The notes: generated by a model not told the origin, from the sequence alone. A stretch of DNA of 63,674 bases, filler included, from 12 parts of 12 records of this genome joined end to end with filler, not necessarily neighbours in it, one strand, 5' to 3'. Shown: positions 1-13,028, counted from the whole stretch's first letter. Numbers and translations: made by a program.

Positions 1-1
1 G

Positions 2-3000
2 GTGGCGGTGGCGCTGACCAGCCCCGAGGCTACCATGCTCAACGAGAACGACGAGGTGTTGCTGCAGCTCTCGGAGCAGCCGAAGGCGGAGGCGGCGGCG
101 GCGGCGGCAGCGGAGGTGGAGTATGCCGCCAAGAAGGAGGTCGAGGAACGCTTGAAGAAGGAGAAAACGGCCAAGGAGACGGAGCTGACTGCAGCCAAGG
201 CTCTCTCCGTCACTGCTGAGGCAAAGGAGGATAGCCTGCAGTCACAACTCGAGGCCAAGGAGTCGGAGCTGACGCCGGCGAAGGATGAGCTCAACGTGGC
301 GACGGCCGCGCTCAAGCGGCAGAAGACGCGGGTCGACCGAGCTCAAGAAGCGGTCGAGAAGGCCGAAGCGGACAAGAAGAAGGTCGAAGCGGAGAGGAAG
401 GCCGAAGAAGAACGTCTGTTGGTGCGATAGGCTGCCGGCGGCTTGGGTGAGCCGGGGGGCCGCAGAAAGAGAAGGGCGACTTGGTCGATAAAAAAGCTGA
501 GCAGGAGGCCAAGCTTGCGTTGGTCACAGAGGACGCCGCCCGGATGGAAGGAGAGGTTGAGCAGGCCGCCAAGGCCAAGGAAGAGGCTAAAACTGCCAAG
601 GAAGAGGCTAAAAAGGCCAAGGAAGAGGCTGAAAAGCGCTTCTCACCGCTCAAGGATGTTACGAGGGAGCGGGCCGGGAAGGAGAAAGAAGCGAAGACGC
701 AGGCGAAGATCGCCCAGAAGGCATATCTCGACGCCAAGGTGCGGCCAGGCTTTGCGGAGATGGCGGGTTTACTGGGGGGGCTGTGCAGAAAGTAGTGGAG
801 GGCACAGACTTGCAGGACTACCTCAAGTTCCAAATGGAGCGGAACAAGGCCGAGGCCAATGCGGAGCGGGCCAAGGACCACCTGGCATACCTCGGAGAGT
901 TGGCTGTGAAGAAGATCGCTGAGAAAGACAGTGCGACCGAGCAGCACGCCAAGCTGCAGAAGCTGATGGAAGCGCTGAAGCAAGCGCACGAAGCTATCGA
1001 CAGCAGGCTCACGGAGAAGCAGCAGCAGCTGGTGGCCGCAGAGGGCCAGCTGCAGCTGAGCACTGCCCGAAAGACCAATGCCGAGAGTGATGTACAGACC
1101 GCAACAGCAGCGGTGAAGGCCGCTGCCGATAATTTGAATGCAGACAAGAGGGCGGACACCGAAGCCAATACCAGGCTGCTTGAAAGTGAACAGCAAGTGC
1201 AAGAGGCACACGAGAACGCAGCACTCGAGAAGGCAGCACTCGAGAAGGTGCATCAGAAGCTCGAGAAAGTTCAGAAAAGGCAATCGGAAGCACGAGCCGC
1301 GTTCAGGAAGGAGATCAGTCAAGCTGCTACAGACGTCAGTAGTCATAAAGCCACGCTCAAGGAAGCCCAGGAGACCCTGGCTGGAACCCTGAAACAACTC
1401 GCGGTAGCCCACTCCCGCCTGGAGCTGGCCACACGCAACCAAGAAGCTACCGCAGCAGCCAGGAATGAGGCCGAGCAAGTGCTCAACGATGCCATGGCAA
1501 AGGAGGGGCTGGCTGAAAAAATCAGCCATCAGCGAGCCTCAGAAGTGACAGTAAGCCAGCGGGCAGAGGAGAGTGCACAACAAGGGCTGGAGGGCCTGCA
1601 CAAGGAGAGCGAAACGCTGGAAACTAATCTTGAGGCAGCCCAGGGAGAGTCGCTGGGTGCACAGAAGGACGTGGAACGGCAAGCTCAGGTCACCAGGGCG
1701 CATGAGGCCTCAATCGGCGAGTTGGAGCAGTCTGGCGAGCTGGCGGCAGCCAAAGACGCCAGAGAGGCCGTCGGCGAGCTTGAGGCTCAGCAGCAGAGCA
1801 CAGCGAAAGAGAAGGCTGAGGTGGGCGCCAAGTCTGACAAAGCAGCCATCGACCAGGATACAGCCAACCAGGAGCAAGCTGCGGCTGAATTATCTTTGAC
1901 AAAGGCAACTGAAGCAGAAGCAGTTGAGGGCAAGAAGGTGAGGGAGGAGGAGGCCAAAGCAAGGTCAGCTGCCAGCAAGGAGACCAAAGCCGAGAAGGCT
2001 GAGGGAGATGCCAAGGTGAAGGTTGCACAGGCTCGAGCAGTGCACGAGGCAGATGTCAAGAGTCTAACTGACGCTAAAACCAACGCGGACCAGCACAATC
2101 AGGCGTGGTCGGAAGCAAGTAAGGCGGTTGGCGACGCAGTCAAGGTTGTGGAACAACTCGAGACGGAACTCCAGGACCAGGCCGACACTGTGGTCCAGGA
2201 TCAGCTGAAGTTGGGGCAAGCCAAGGGAGAAAATGACCAAACTAGTGCTGATTTGAACGACCTTAGCAATCAACTGCAAGATACACAGGAGCAGGAGCAC
2301 AAGCTGGCGACTGAGTTGCAGAAAGCAGATCAGAGAGAAGAGGAACAAGTGATGCGGAGCAAGCAAGAGGTGGACAAGTTGAAAGGAGTCGAGGGGGAGG
2401 AACAGGCTGCTGTGGCTGCGCAGACACAGCACGAGAAGAAGAACAGTAGATTGCAGCTAGCAGTGAGGCAAGCCACAGAGAGGCAGGCTACTTGCAAACA
2501 GCAGCTTGGTAGGCTGACGCGCATGGAGACCAATACAAAGGAGGAGCTTGCTATTGCGGAGAAGGACAAGAAAGCGATTGAATCTGCAGTAAGCGCAGTG
2601 GCCAGGACGCATACCAAGCTGTACAAGGCTTCTCAAGACGCAGCAGATGAGGCTACTGAAAAAGACGCCGAGTCCTCTTCTGCCAAGGCAGATGCCGATG
2701 ACGCTGCAAGATTGGCTAGGGAAGCCAAAAGGCTTGAGAAGTCCACAATGACTGATTTATGGACAACGGCCAAAGCCCTGCGGCAAGAGATCGAGCAAGA
2801 AGCTGAGTCAAAGCAGCAGCTCCGGATTGCGAAGGCCCAAAAGAAGGCCTCTTCTGCAATGAATGAGGCCAAGGACGTAGTGGCTGGCATCAAAGAAAAA
2901 GCTAAGGAGGTTGTGCGAGGTTTAAAGGCGAAGTACGAGGAGACGATGGAAGCCCTCAAAGCCGACAGAGAGCGCGCTGCAGCTGAGAAAGCAACAGCAA

Positions 3001-3231
3001 AAGCAGCAGACTGTATGAAGAACCAGGCGAAACGGCATGCTCATGAGATTGTCGAGGCTGCCAGGAAGGCTGCAGATGAATCTCGGAAAGAGGGTGATGA
3101 AAAGTTTGCCCAAGAGATGAATGATCAAGTCGACGAGAAATCTAGTGAGCAAGCCACACAACTCTTTGAGAAAGCCAAGGCTGATGCTGCTAGCCAAGCA
3201 ATGCCCGTAGAAGTACTCTTGCAGTTGAGTG
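2..3231 (+). CDS. Giant Ala/Glu/Lys/Gln-rich coiled-coil protein, partial at both ends; introns 422-465 and 739-788
   Basis: ORFs 2..430, 481..795 and 783..3287 join in frame after removing two GT-AG introns (44 and 50 nt); coiled-coil composition throughout. Confidence 0.8.
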
Positions 3232-3331
3232 NNNNNNNNNNNNNNNNNNNNNNNNNNNNNNNNNNNNNNNNNNNNTTAATTAATTAANNNNNNNNNNNNN
3301 NNNNNNNNNNNNNNNNNNNNNNNNNNNNNNN
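3232..3331. other. Artificial contig linker (N-run, TTAATTAATTAA, N-run); also at about 6542, 9854, 17092, 25308, 30143, 40795, 44147, 49191, 52928 and 59795
   Basis: Identical 100-nt spacer with stops in all six frames, present 11 times. Confidence 0.98.
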
Positions 3332-3406
3332 CGAAATCTTGTGTCACGACAATAATTATCTTGTCATATGCAACTTTGTAATTAGGATCATGTACCTATT
3401 AAAATG

Positions 3407-6400
3407 TTAGGATTTCTCGAGCAAGATACAGTGCCAACGATACATTGCTCCTGCGAGCGCCAACCGGCGGCCCCGATGGAATATCGCCAGCATCACTTGC
3501 ACCAGAACGATTGCTGATTGCGACGATTGATGCTCAGAAGTGAAACTAGAGATCTGTTTTCTACACTGCGCCAGTTCCATCTGCGCCCGCCCAATCAAGC
3601 ACGCCGTTTAGCACACGCTCATGCCTTGAGGTTATCTCTTTCTGCTTCAGTTTGCCTCAGTGCTGTGGCCTCGCCGAGCTCTTCAGCATGCTTCACTTCC
3701 GCCTGCATCTCAAATTCTTGTGCGGCCTGCACGAGTGCCGGTGAGCAGGCAGACATCACAGGCTGTGGGCAGACCTGCAGCAGCTGCTGCTTTACCCGCC
3801 GGAGCTCCTTGCACAGCTCGTTGTTCTCCCTACGGAGCGCCGCAGTCTCCTTGTACGCATCGTACGCATCTGGAGAATGTGACGGCTCCAGCTGGAATTT
3901 CTCCACTGATCCGCCAGCCTGGGCCGTACGAGGCTGCACACACAGCATGCTCACGAGCTCGAAAATGAGCTAGCGGCTGACTGACCGGTGATCTCGAATC
4001 CGATGGCATTGCCTGACCCAAGCTAGTGTCGAATAGAATATCGTCATCCACACCACCTAGCACGGATTCAGCATAGAGGCCCGACCCACTTGAGCACCAC
4101 TGGTGAGGGTGGAGAAGGCAAGCTCTTGCTTCGCCGCTTCATAATCAGACTGAAGCGTTGCATTCTCCGCATAGGCCTCGTTAAGGCTTTGCTGCAGCTG
4201 AAACAGCCGTGCATGCGTTGTATGCGCCGCCTCGACCTGTAACGGTTCTCATGGCAAGCCCGGGCAAGCCAATGTACCTCCTCCCTCTGTGCCTTAAGCT
4301 CCTTGCTGAGGTCCCTCCGCATCGCTCTCTCGTCCTCAAGCTGCTCGTGCAGCGCTTGCATCTTGACAGCCATGGTTGTGTTTTTCTGTTCTAACGCTGC
4401 CTTCGCCGTCAAGCTTCCAACGCTCTCCTCGATGATTGCCTACAAAAGTTAGAAATCAGCGAAATTAGAAGGGCGCTGCTCTGTCACCTCGATGGCCGGG
4501 GGCACCTTGTCGTCGTGCTGCATGTCTCTCTTCTCGCGCTCGAGGCTGAGTTCTCGCAACACTTGGTCCTTCTCTGCCTTGGCCTTGACTTCCAACCGGA
4601 TCAGCTCCTTCTTGAGGCCACTCAGCTGCTCATACACATCCGACAGCTCACTCTGAGCCTGCTGCTGCTGCTCCTTGGCGCCTGTGCACTCCAGCTGCTG
4701 CCGCTCTATCAGCTGCTGGGCAGACGCGAGCTCGCGCTCCGTCGAGGCTTGCTGCTGCCTCGCCTGCTGCATCTGCTGCTCGTGCACCGCTGCGTTCCGC
4801 TGCACGTCTTGCTCCGCCAGCCGCTGCTCTCCGAGGGCTTGCTTGAGCTGTGCTTTTGCATCGCCAAACTCTCTCACGAGGCTATCATGCGCTCCGCCTG
4901 CCTGCTCCATCTGCTTGATGGTCCCTGCCTGCTTGGCCAGGCGTGCCTTCAGCTCCTCTACCTGTGCAGACGCCTTCTGCAGCTCCTGCAGCCGCTCTGC
5001 CTCGATTGCGCCGTGCCTCTGGTACTCGCTCTTCAACTGCTCCTCAAGACGAGCAATCTGCCTCTGGCTGTGACCCACAACATTCTCAGACTCCCTGGTC
5101 ACAATCGAAGCCTTCCGCAGCTCAGACTGCAGCCTCTGGAGCTCCAGATTCCGCTCCCCGTCGCAATCAGTCAGGGTCTGGACCTGGGCAGTCAGCGACG
5201 CAATTGTATGCTGCAGTTTGTCGTTCTCAAGCTGCAGGTTGCTCTTATCTGTGGCCAAGCCGCGAGACTTGCGAGCTACCTCCTCGAGCTTTAAGCTGTA
5301 TTGGTTGAGCTCCTGTGTGGTGGACAGTTGCTCCTCTGTGAGCTGTGTCTGCATGCTTTGCTTCTGCACCTCAAGCTTGATAGTCTGCTCAGTTGCCAGC
5401 TGGAGCTTAATGCTGACTTGTCGGAGCTCCGTCTCCAGCTCAGCCAGCCTATCCTTCAGCCCCTGGTTCTCGTTCTCGCAGCTTTGCCGTGCATCCATCA
5501 GCTCTAACCGGTGCTTCTCGCTCAGCCTTTCCTGCTCCTGCTCCTGCTGCCTTAGCGCGCCCTGAACCTCATCCAGCCGACTCTTGAGCTTCTCAGCCGC
5601 CTCGCTGTAGCCCTCCGCACGAGACTCGGCCGCAGCAACGGCATCCGAAAAAGCCTTGTTCGTCTGTGCAAATCGTTCCTCGACCGTGCTGAATTCGCTC
5701 TTGGATTGCTCAGTTGCGCTCTGAGACAGTTCGAGCTCAGTCTCGAGCTGCTTAACTTGCTCGTTGGCGTTCTTGAGTTGGGTGTGCGCTGAGGCTAGCT
5801 CAGACTCCAACTTGAGCTTGCTCTCAACGTGAGTGTTGATCTCAGCCAAATACTTTTCTGTAAGACTGGTGATCTCGGCCTGGGTCTGCTCCTGTGTGGC
5901 CGACTTGTTCTTGATCACCTCGGCTTTCTCGCTCTCCAGAGTTCCAACAGCCTGCTGCAGCACCTGCCACACGCGCAGCCTCTCATTATACAACCCTACC
6001 TCAGACCAGACACCTGCTGCTCGGCCTGTAGATCTGCAATTTTTTGCTGCATTGCCGCCCCGGCAGCCTCCTGCTCATCCTGGCCATCACTCAGCTGAGC
6101 TTTCATTTGCTCCTCCAGTTCAGCGATCCGCGCCCTGGCGGTCTCCAGGCCCTCCTCCAGCTCATCCTTTTCCACCTGCATGCTGATCACCTGAGACTCG
6201 AGCTCCGAGATCATCCCGCTCTTCTCTGGCGAGGCTCGCTGCTTGACTGCGGTCTTAATGTCATCCAGCGCTCGCTTGGCCAATGCAAGCTCTGTCTGCA
6301 GCCGATCTTTCTCGTCGTCGCCGTCCGCGCTCTCTTGCAGCTGCTTGCTCACGGCCTGTTCCTGCTCTAAGCTTCGCTTGAGCTGCTTCAGTTCAGCTTG

Positions 6401-6541
6401 CAGCTCGTCTATCTGCGCACTCCCCCCCTCGGACTCCTGCTCGGCCTTGAGCTGCTGTTTGGCCCGATTCAGCTCATCCCGCACCCTGGCGAGCTCCTCC
6501 TCACCAGTCCCGGGCTCTCGAGACTCCTCCAGGCAGACTTG
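3407..6541 (-). CDS. Long coiled-coil protein, multi-exon, 5'-truncated
   Basis: ORFs 5996..6484, 4449..5993, 4068..4412, 3619..3954 and 3407..3598 linked by short GT-AG introns (e.g. 5964-6013); E/Q/L/K-rich. Confidence 0.7.
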
Positions 6542-6806
6542 NNNNNNNNNNNNNNNNNNNNNNNNNNNNNNNNNNNNNNNNNNNNTTAATTAATTAANNN
6601 NNNNNNNNNNNNNNNNNNNNNNNNNNNNNNNNNNNNNNNNNGCGGCTGGCTGCCTCGGGCTCAGCCCAGACCACACACAGCCGCGCTCCGGCCGCCCAGG
6701 CACTCTGCTTCTCGCGCCATCCGGTAGGCTTTTTCCGGACTTGCAGGCAACATTTCGAGGCTTTTTTCGCTACTTTGGTGATGATCAGTACCAGTTTATT
6801 ATTTAT

Positions 6807-6875
6807 TTGCCAACCAGCAACGTTTGCCAGCAACGTTTGCCAGCAACCTGGCAACGTTTGCCAAGCAACCAGCAC
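6807..6875. repeat. Imperfect tandem repeat, 13-bp unit CCAGCAACGTTTG
   Basis: Two exact copies at 6814-6839 plus degenerate copies; upstream of ATG 7026. Confidence 0.85.
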
Positions 6876-7025
6876 CCCAGAGTGGCGTCTAGTCTACTGC
6901 GTGTCAGTCAGCTGACAGTGCAACAACGTTCGACAGTCACTGCAGAAGCGTGACGAGAAGTGCCGGAAGCGGGCCAAAGCCTGATGAGCAAGACTTCACC
7001 GAAAATTTGCTGATACGAATCTGAG

Positions 7026-9853
7026 ATGGCACCTCTGCGTGTTGTCTCCTCCCTCGGGGCTGGGGCCAGGGCCACGACCATCCCCCCGCCCGGGGCGTCC
7101 GCGGCGGACATTGCGCTGGCCGCAGAGGTCGAGGCGCTCGAGTCCCGCCTGGAGGCCTGCACCGGGGCCGGCTCGCTCACCGAACTCAAACAAGGGCTCG
7201 AGCAGACCCTCACCAGTCACCAGCGCAAGATCGCCCAGCTCGCCGCCCAGCCGTCCCCCCCGCGCCAACGCACCCTCTCTCCGACCAAATCCCGGCGCGA
7301 GCTCCATCCGGACCCGTTGGCGCGGCTGCACGGGCCTCAACCTGGGCTCAAGCCGGCCCGTGCGGTGGTGGAGGAAGAGCAGGCCCAGCTGGAGGCCCAG
7401 CGGCGGCTGTACCGGGAGCAGGAAGCCCGCAAGCGCCGGGTGGAGAAGGAAGCCGAGGACGCCAAGCGCCGGCGGGAGGAGGCGGCGAGCAGTCCGGCCC
7501 CCAGGCGGCCGTGGCAGTGCGAGGGCAAGTCGGAGGCGGAACCTCTGCGCGAGGCGCGGGCCGCTCGGCGGGTGGCGGAGCTCAAGCTGGATGAAGTGAG
7601 CCAGGCGAGCGACCGGCTTAAAGCGGATCTGGCCAAGGCAGAGGAGCGCGCGAAGGCGGCCGAGGATCGGGCAAACCAGGCGTCTGCACTCGTGCAGCAG
7701 CATCAGGCAGACACGATCGAAGGGATTGGCCGGTACGAGGAGGCTGCGGAGGCCCGGCTGAAGGCGGCCGAGCGCGAGCTTTCGGAGGCCGACTGCGAGC
7801 GGAGCCAGCTGCGGCGGCGGCTGGAATCTGTGGAACAGCAGCTGGGCGAGAAGACTCGAGCCGCGGCCAGATACAAGGCTCAGCTGGAGGGAGAACTGGC
7901 CGGGCTGAGAGCGCAGCTGGAGAAGGCGGGCACAGAGCGGTCCGAGCTGGAGCGGACGATGCAGGCGGCGCAGGACCAGGTGCTGCATGCTGCCCAGGAC
8001 TTTGCCGCCAAGACCCTCGCCAAGGTGTTCGGCGCTCCTAGTCCGGGCCTCATGGTATCTGTGGCCTCAGGAGGAGGAGAGCAAACTAATCGCGGAGCAG
8101 GCAGCCCAGCAGGTGGCCCGATGCTGTGGCACGGCTGAGCCTGCTGCAGGCAACTCGGGAGGCTCAAGCAGCCACCGATCGGGCAGCCGAGCTGGAGACA
8201 AGCTTGGCGAACCTGCAGGCTCAGCACGATTCTCTGGCCAAGGCCGCAGCAACAGCCGACCAGGTGATTTCGTCAAAGAGTTGTGCTGTTGAACTCGGCG
8301 GGGCAGGTGATCGCAAAGCTTGAGGCTGACTTGGTGGCTACGGAGACCCAAGGGGAAGGTCAGATCCGGCAGCATGCCAGCGAGTTGGCCAAGCTTGAGG
8401 AGCGTTGCCGGGCGCTCGAGGCCTCTCTTGTGGCTACGGAGACTCAATCGGAGCAGGACGCCCGGAGCAGCGCTAGCCAGCTAGCCAGACTGGAACAACA
8501 GGTGCGCTAGACCCGGCTTTGTGTCCGAGTTTGAGCAGGTGACTCGCATCTCTGAGGAAAAGACGGCGCTCGAGGTGGAGGTCGGTGCAGTGGTGGCCCA
8601 AGCACAAGAAGCCGCAGCGGCGAGTGCGGCTGAGCTTGGCTTGTTGAGAGCCCAGGCCGGCAAGGAGCAGGCTGAGCGATCAAGACTCGAAACCAAGCTT
8701 TCGTCTGTCAGTCAGACCAGCACGGCAGCCGCCCGCGAAAAGGCTTCACTCGAGGCTAAGGTCGGGAACCAACAAGAGGAGCTGCGACAGACCAGGGCGG
8801 AGGCCAAGGCGGCGCGGAGCCAGTTGGCCCAGTGCCAGGCAAAGCTTGAGCAGCAGGAGGAGCGGGCCAAGGTCGAGATCAAGCAGGAGCGAGAGCAAGC
8901 CGAGCTTAAGGCAAACAAGCTCGAATCGGCGGTGGCTGGGCTGGAGGCCAAAGCCGAGCGCGAGGCCAAGGCGCTGTCCAAAGAGAAGGAAGCGATCGTG
9001 GAAGAGCTGCAGATGGCTCTACAGGCCAAAGTTCAAGCCGATGCAGCGCACTTCCGCGAGCTGGAGGCGCTGCAGCGAAGCAGCGGAGACTACGAGAAGC
9101 AGATCCGTGCTCTGGCTCAAGAGAAACGCGAGGAGGCGTCGGCAGCGGAAGTGCAGCTGAAGCAGCTGAAGGCAGACCTTGCAGTGCAGAAGCGGCAGCA
9201 TGCGGAGACAGCAGCAGAGCTCAAGGCAGATCACGCTGTGACTGTTGAGAGGATGCAGGGGGCTGTGCGAGAGGCGATTAACCGCGCGGACAAGGCAGAG
9301 CTCCAGGTAAAGGAGGGCAGTGCGGCCATGGCCACTAAGCACAAGGACGAGCTGGCCCGATTGCACGACCGGCTTGAGCATGCCATGTCCCAACTCTCCG
9401 AGCAAGAGAAAGCCAAGATCTTGATCACTCAGGAGGCCGAGCGCAAGAAGCGCGAAGCTGCCGAGCTGTCGCAGCAGGCAGAGTGCCTGCAGGGAAGGGC
9501 GCGGTCTGAGGCTGCAGCTAAAGCAGCAGCTGCTGCCAAGGTCGCAGAGGAGGCTGCGGCGCGACAGATGGCGGCAGAGACGGAGGCCGCTTCTGCGCAG
9601 GCTCAGCGGCAGCAGCGAGAGATGACGATTGAGTCACTCGAGTCAAAGTGCCGTAGTGCAGAGGACGAGCTCCAAACGAGGTCACACAGCGTCGATTAGA
9701 GAGAGCTAGCATGACGGTCTGGTGGTGCAGGTCTGAAGAGTGGCGGCTGGAAAAGGCAAAGCTCAAGGAGAAGTACAAGGAGGAGGTGGATAAGGTTCGC
9801 GAGCGGCTCATGGAGAACCGAACGCTGGAGCACATGGTGAAGCAACTCGAAGC
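7026..9853 (+). CDS. Coiled-coil protein, multi-exon, 3'-truncated
   Basis: ORFs 7026..8138, 8283..8510, 8521..9699 and 9711.. joined by short introns (e.g. 8264-8306, 8502-8538, 9681-9730). Confidence 0.75.
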
Positions 9854-9980
9854 NNNNNNNNNNNNNNNNNNNNNNNNNNNNNNNNNNNNNNNNNNNNTTA
9901 ATTAATTAANNNNNNNNNNNNNNNNNNNNNNNNNNNNNNNNNNNNNNNNNNNNCCCCCCCCCCCCCCCCCCCCCCCCCCC

Positions 9981-11370
9981 ACGACACCGACCACCGCCAG
10001 TCCACGACACCGGAGCAGGGCACCCACCCTGCGGCATCTTCACGATCGAGAGCCAGCTGGAGAACGGCCAGAATCCGTTGGCGTGGCGTCCAGGAATATC
10101 AGCCCACCAGCAGTGCCCTCCTGCCATGGGTGTGCTGGATTTCGAGCCGGATCGGGTGGTCCGGCGACCAGGTGTCCAGCCCTCCTTGCCACCCATGGCA
10201 GCTTAGATCGACCACACCAGCCCTCCTCCCGACAGCCCCCCTTGCGCGCCAAGGGCAGTGCCCTGCAGCAGCCGATAGCCTCGCTGCCAGTGCGCGGCTG
10301 GAGCAGCGAGTGAGCTCGGTCGGCAGGCACATTGTACCTCGGGCACCAACCTGGGCTGTATCCGCTCGAAGGCCGGATTTACTACCCAGACGTGCGCCGC
10401 TTGGCTCGCTGCTTGATCCAGCTGCTGCTTTAGGTGCCGCGGTGGCCAAACAAGAGATACGTCACGCCTTGCGGCACGATCTTCCAAAAGGGTGCCAGGG
10501 CTGTGGCGGCTTCTGGCTGAGATGCAGTCACAGGGAAGACCAAAACCCGCCGGACAGAGCCGCCGCGGGACCAATGCATCTACACTGATGTCGGCAGGTG
10601 CTCGCCGCCTGGCCGCCAGATGAGCTGAGTGCTTCGCACAGTCGCAAGATTGTGTGCCCGGTGCGAAGCGCAACAAGTCCTGCGCGGAGGTGCGCTCTTG
10701 CCACCCTGTGGTTTCAGCGATTGGCACTGATTGAGATTGTGCAGCTGGATGAAATGTGGCACGATGAGCAATCTTCGGTGGCCTCAGATGTGCCAAAAGA
10801 GGATTGTGGTCGGGTGCCACATCCAACCTGCCCTACTGTTTGGACTGACACCTGCTCTATCCAGGATCAAGAACCCGCCTTGTGTAGCAAAGTACCATCA
10901 ATCTTCACACGGAGTACCCAAACCATGATTCTCCTAGTGACACCCTTGGCTGCTTCTGATTGGGGGGGACAGACCCCCATTCGACAATTCCCCTTTTCGG
11001 TGCCCACGTTGAGCTTCATCGTGGGAATAATGCTGTGCTTATTCCAGGTGCCATTTGTCCGCGAGTGTCGTGGCGCAGCAGTTCCTTTTGATAGTCCGAG
11101 TCCAGTCCGAACGCGAGGAATTCTAAGTGAGCTGACCTAGAGCCGGGCATGATCTGGCTTGTCTTGCTCCTGTGCTTAGCTCACTTACACCCCTGCCACC
11201 TGCCAACAAAACACTTGGACCGTAGTGACGTTTGGGTCTCAGCTCGTTGATGAAGCTCTCCGACATCTAGGTCTCCGAGAACGGCTCCAGTTTGCAACGA
11301 ATTGAATTCATTATTTGACGAACAATTGGGCGACATTGATCGAGAAGTTGCTATTTGATAGTGTAAATAA
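9981..11370 (+). CDS. Possible spliced hypothetical gene (3' part); strand and structure uncertain
   Basis: GC-rich coding-like sequence with overlapping ORFs (10130..10588, 10598..11140) fading into AT-rich intergenic DNA; no motif recognised. Confidence 0.25.
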
Positions 11371-11578
11371 GTTAGACCAAAAATAAATCAAGTTCATTAG
11401 AATCCATTCACATCAGTTGTTGGTACAAGTGTATGTACATACACTCTAAAGGCCAGCGCCATGGGAGCTTGACTAGTTTTACAGCAATGCTCTACGCATA
11501 AACCCACCGCCTTTCATACCGCCTTTCACGTACTAAGGGGATTGGCACTTGGGTAGAGCTGAGTTGTAGGCTCGTCTC

Positions 11579-11702
11579 CCAAAGTTGATAATGCTCAACA
11601 TCAACTAACTCGAATTGTCACCCACCCCAACATCGACCCGAGTTGGGTTGACTGTGGCCGCGGGTCACAATTCGAGTTGATGCTGGGCATTGTCGACTTT
11701 GG
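11579..11702. repeat. Imperfect inverted repeat (about 41-45 bp arms) with an inner hairpin
   Basis: CCAAAGTTGATAATGCTCAACATCAACT(AACT)CGAATTGTCACCC versus reverse complement of right arm CCAAAGTCGACAATGCCCAGCATCAACTCGAATTGTGACCC. Confidence 0.85.
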
Positions 11703-12828
11703 TATCAACACCAACTTGACTTAAGGCATCTAAGAGGTCCTCCACCGGCATCGATTCATCGTACTTGTATTGTATGTACAGGGTGCGAGCAGGGTCGTTG
11801 GTCTGCACCGAGCTCAGCCGCAGCCCAGGCACGCGCCAAGACCTTCATCCAGTGGTGTGCCGGCTTTGCCAGCACAAACGCCTTTAGAGCCTCTGGACAC
11901 CTGGCAGCTCGCTCAGTGCGAGCACACGGCTGCGCTCACCGGCCCAGCCAGAGCTCGTTCACCACAGAATTCCCGTTCTGCTTGAGCGCCTGCACGTCCT
12001 TGTTTGTCCACAAGTCCAGTTCGACGCTCTTTACGAACGAGAGATGCACCCCAAGGCTGCGGTGTATCCCGGAGCATTTGAGACAGAACACGCACCCAAG
12101 GTTGCAAGAGACCCAGCTAGAGCCGGCGTGATCTGGCACCACCCACTCAGCCGCTGCAGTACGGTCACGCAGACCGACAGCGCAGTCGGCGCACAGCTTG
12201 TTCTGCGGCAGCTTTACGAGCTGCTCGACCTCGGCCCTCGCCTCCGGCTGCTCGACCTTCTGGTTCCTCACAGAGCCCATCGTGAGCATCGCCGTGTCCA
12301 CCTCCGACTCCGAGCTGCCGCCATATCCCAACCGGCTGGCCGGCCGGGCACCTGCGGGATCTGTCGGTCCAACAGTAGAACGCGTCGCTGCTGATTGCCG
12401 AGGAGCACATGATCCCCTGCCCGGCCTCAGTTCGGCCGAGGGGCGGGCGTGCCTCGAGGTATTTGTTTAGCAGTTCCACCCGGCGCTGGGCCAGCTGCAT
12501 GTCGCCCTTGCCCTTGAACAGGCTCGGGTCCGGAAGCTCCGGCCCGAAGAACGACTGCTCGCGCAGCTGCTCGTCCAGCCGCCCAAACTCCCTGTAGCTC
12601 CGCCACAGCACGCACGGCTCGCACTCCGGCTCCTCAACCCGCACCTGCGCTTCAACAATCAGCCCACGCCGCCCGGCGCCCGGCGCCTCGAAGATCGGGG
12701 TCTGCTTGTGTTTGCTCCCGCAGCCGAGGAAGCAGTTTTTCTGCGGACCCAGTCGGCCGACAGCCCAAGGCCGGCCGGACCTCCTCCTCACGCAGGTCGG
12801 CCGAGACCACCTGCGCCCGGGTAGACAT
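11665..12828 (-). CDS. PX-domain plus ArfGAP-domain protein, multi-exon
   Basis: PX-like WRSYREFGRLDEQL...ELPDP...QRRVELLNKYL; ArfGAP zinc finger CADC...WVSCNLGCVFCLKCSGIHRSLGVHLSFVKSVELDLW; YIQYKY near the C-terminus. Confidence 0.85.
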
Positions 12829-12986
12829 CCCACCCCCGCAGCTAAGCTCCCAGCCGGAGCCCGACTGCTGCCGTGCAGCCTCCCGTGGCCACCGCACCAA
12901 GCCACCAACGTTAACGACAAGTCTTGCCCAGCTTGGCTGAGCTCTGGTGCTTCGCTGCTGCTTGATCTGATGTTCTTGAAAAGCTA

Positions 12987-13028
12987 CGATAACCATTGGC
13001 GTAAAGCATCGCGATAACCATTGGCGTA
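12987..13028. repeat. 17-bp direct repeat CGATAACCATTGGCGTA with 8-bp spacer
   Basis: Copies at 12987-13003 and 13012-13028; each contains a CCAAT box on the minus strand, upstream of the PX-ArfGAP gene. Confidence 0.85.

Noticed and set aside
428-430. Stop-codon reassignment or programmed frameshifting to explain fragmented ORFs
   Set aside because: In the genes I traced, in-frame stops and frame changes fall inside short GT/GC-AG introns whose removal restores the frame.
312-1529. Long antisense ORFs opposite coiled-coil and GC-rich genes (also 4515..5294, 22711..23706, 28613..30061)
   Set aside because: Shadow ORFs expected from high GC and biased codon use; no motifs.
3232-3331. Repeated TTAATTAATTAA between N-runs as a biological repeat or CRISPR-like element
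   Set aside because: Identical artificial spacer with six-frame stops; assembly concatenation.
9954-9980. Poly-C run
   Set aside because: At a contig edge; likely a sequencing or assembly artefact and cannot be evaluated.
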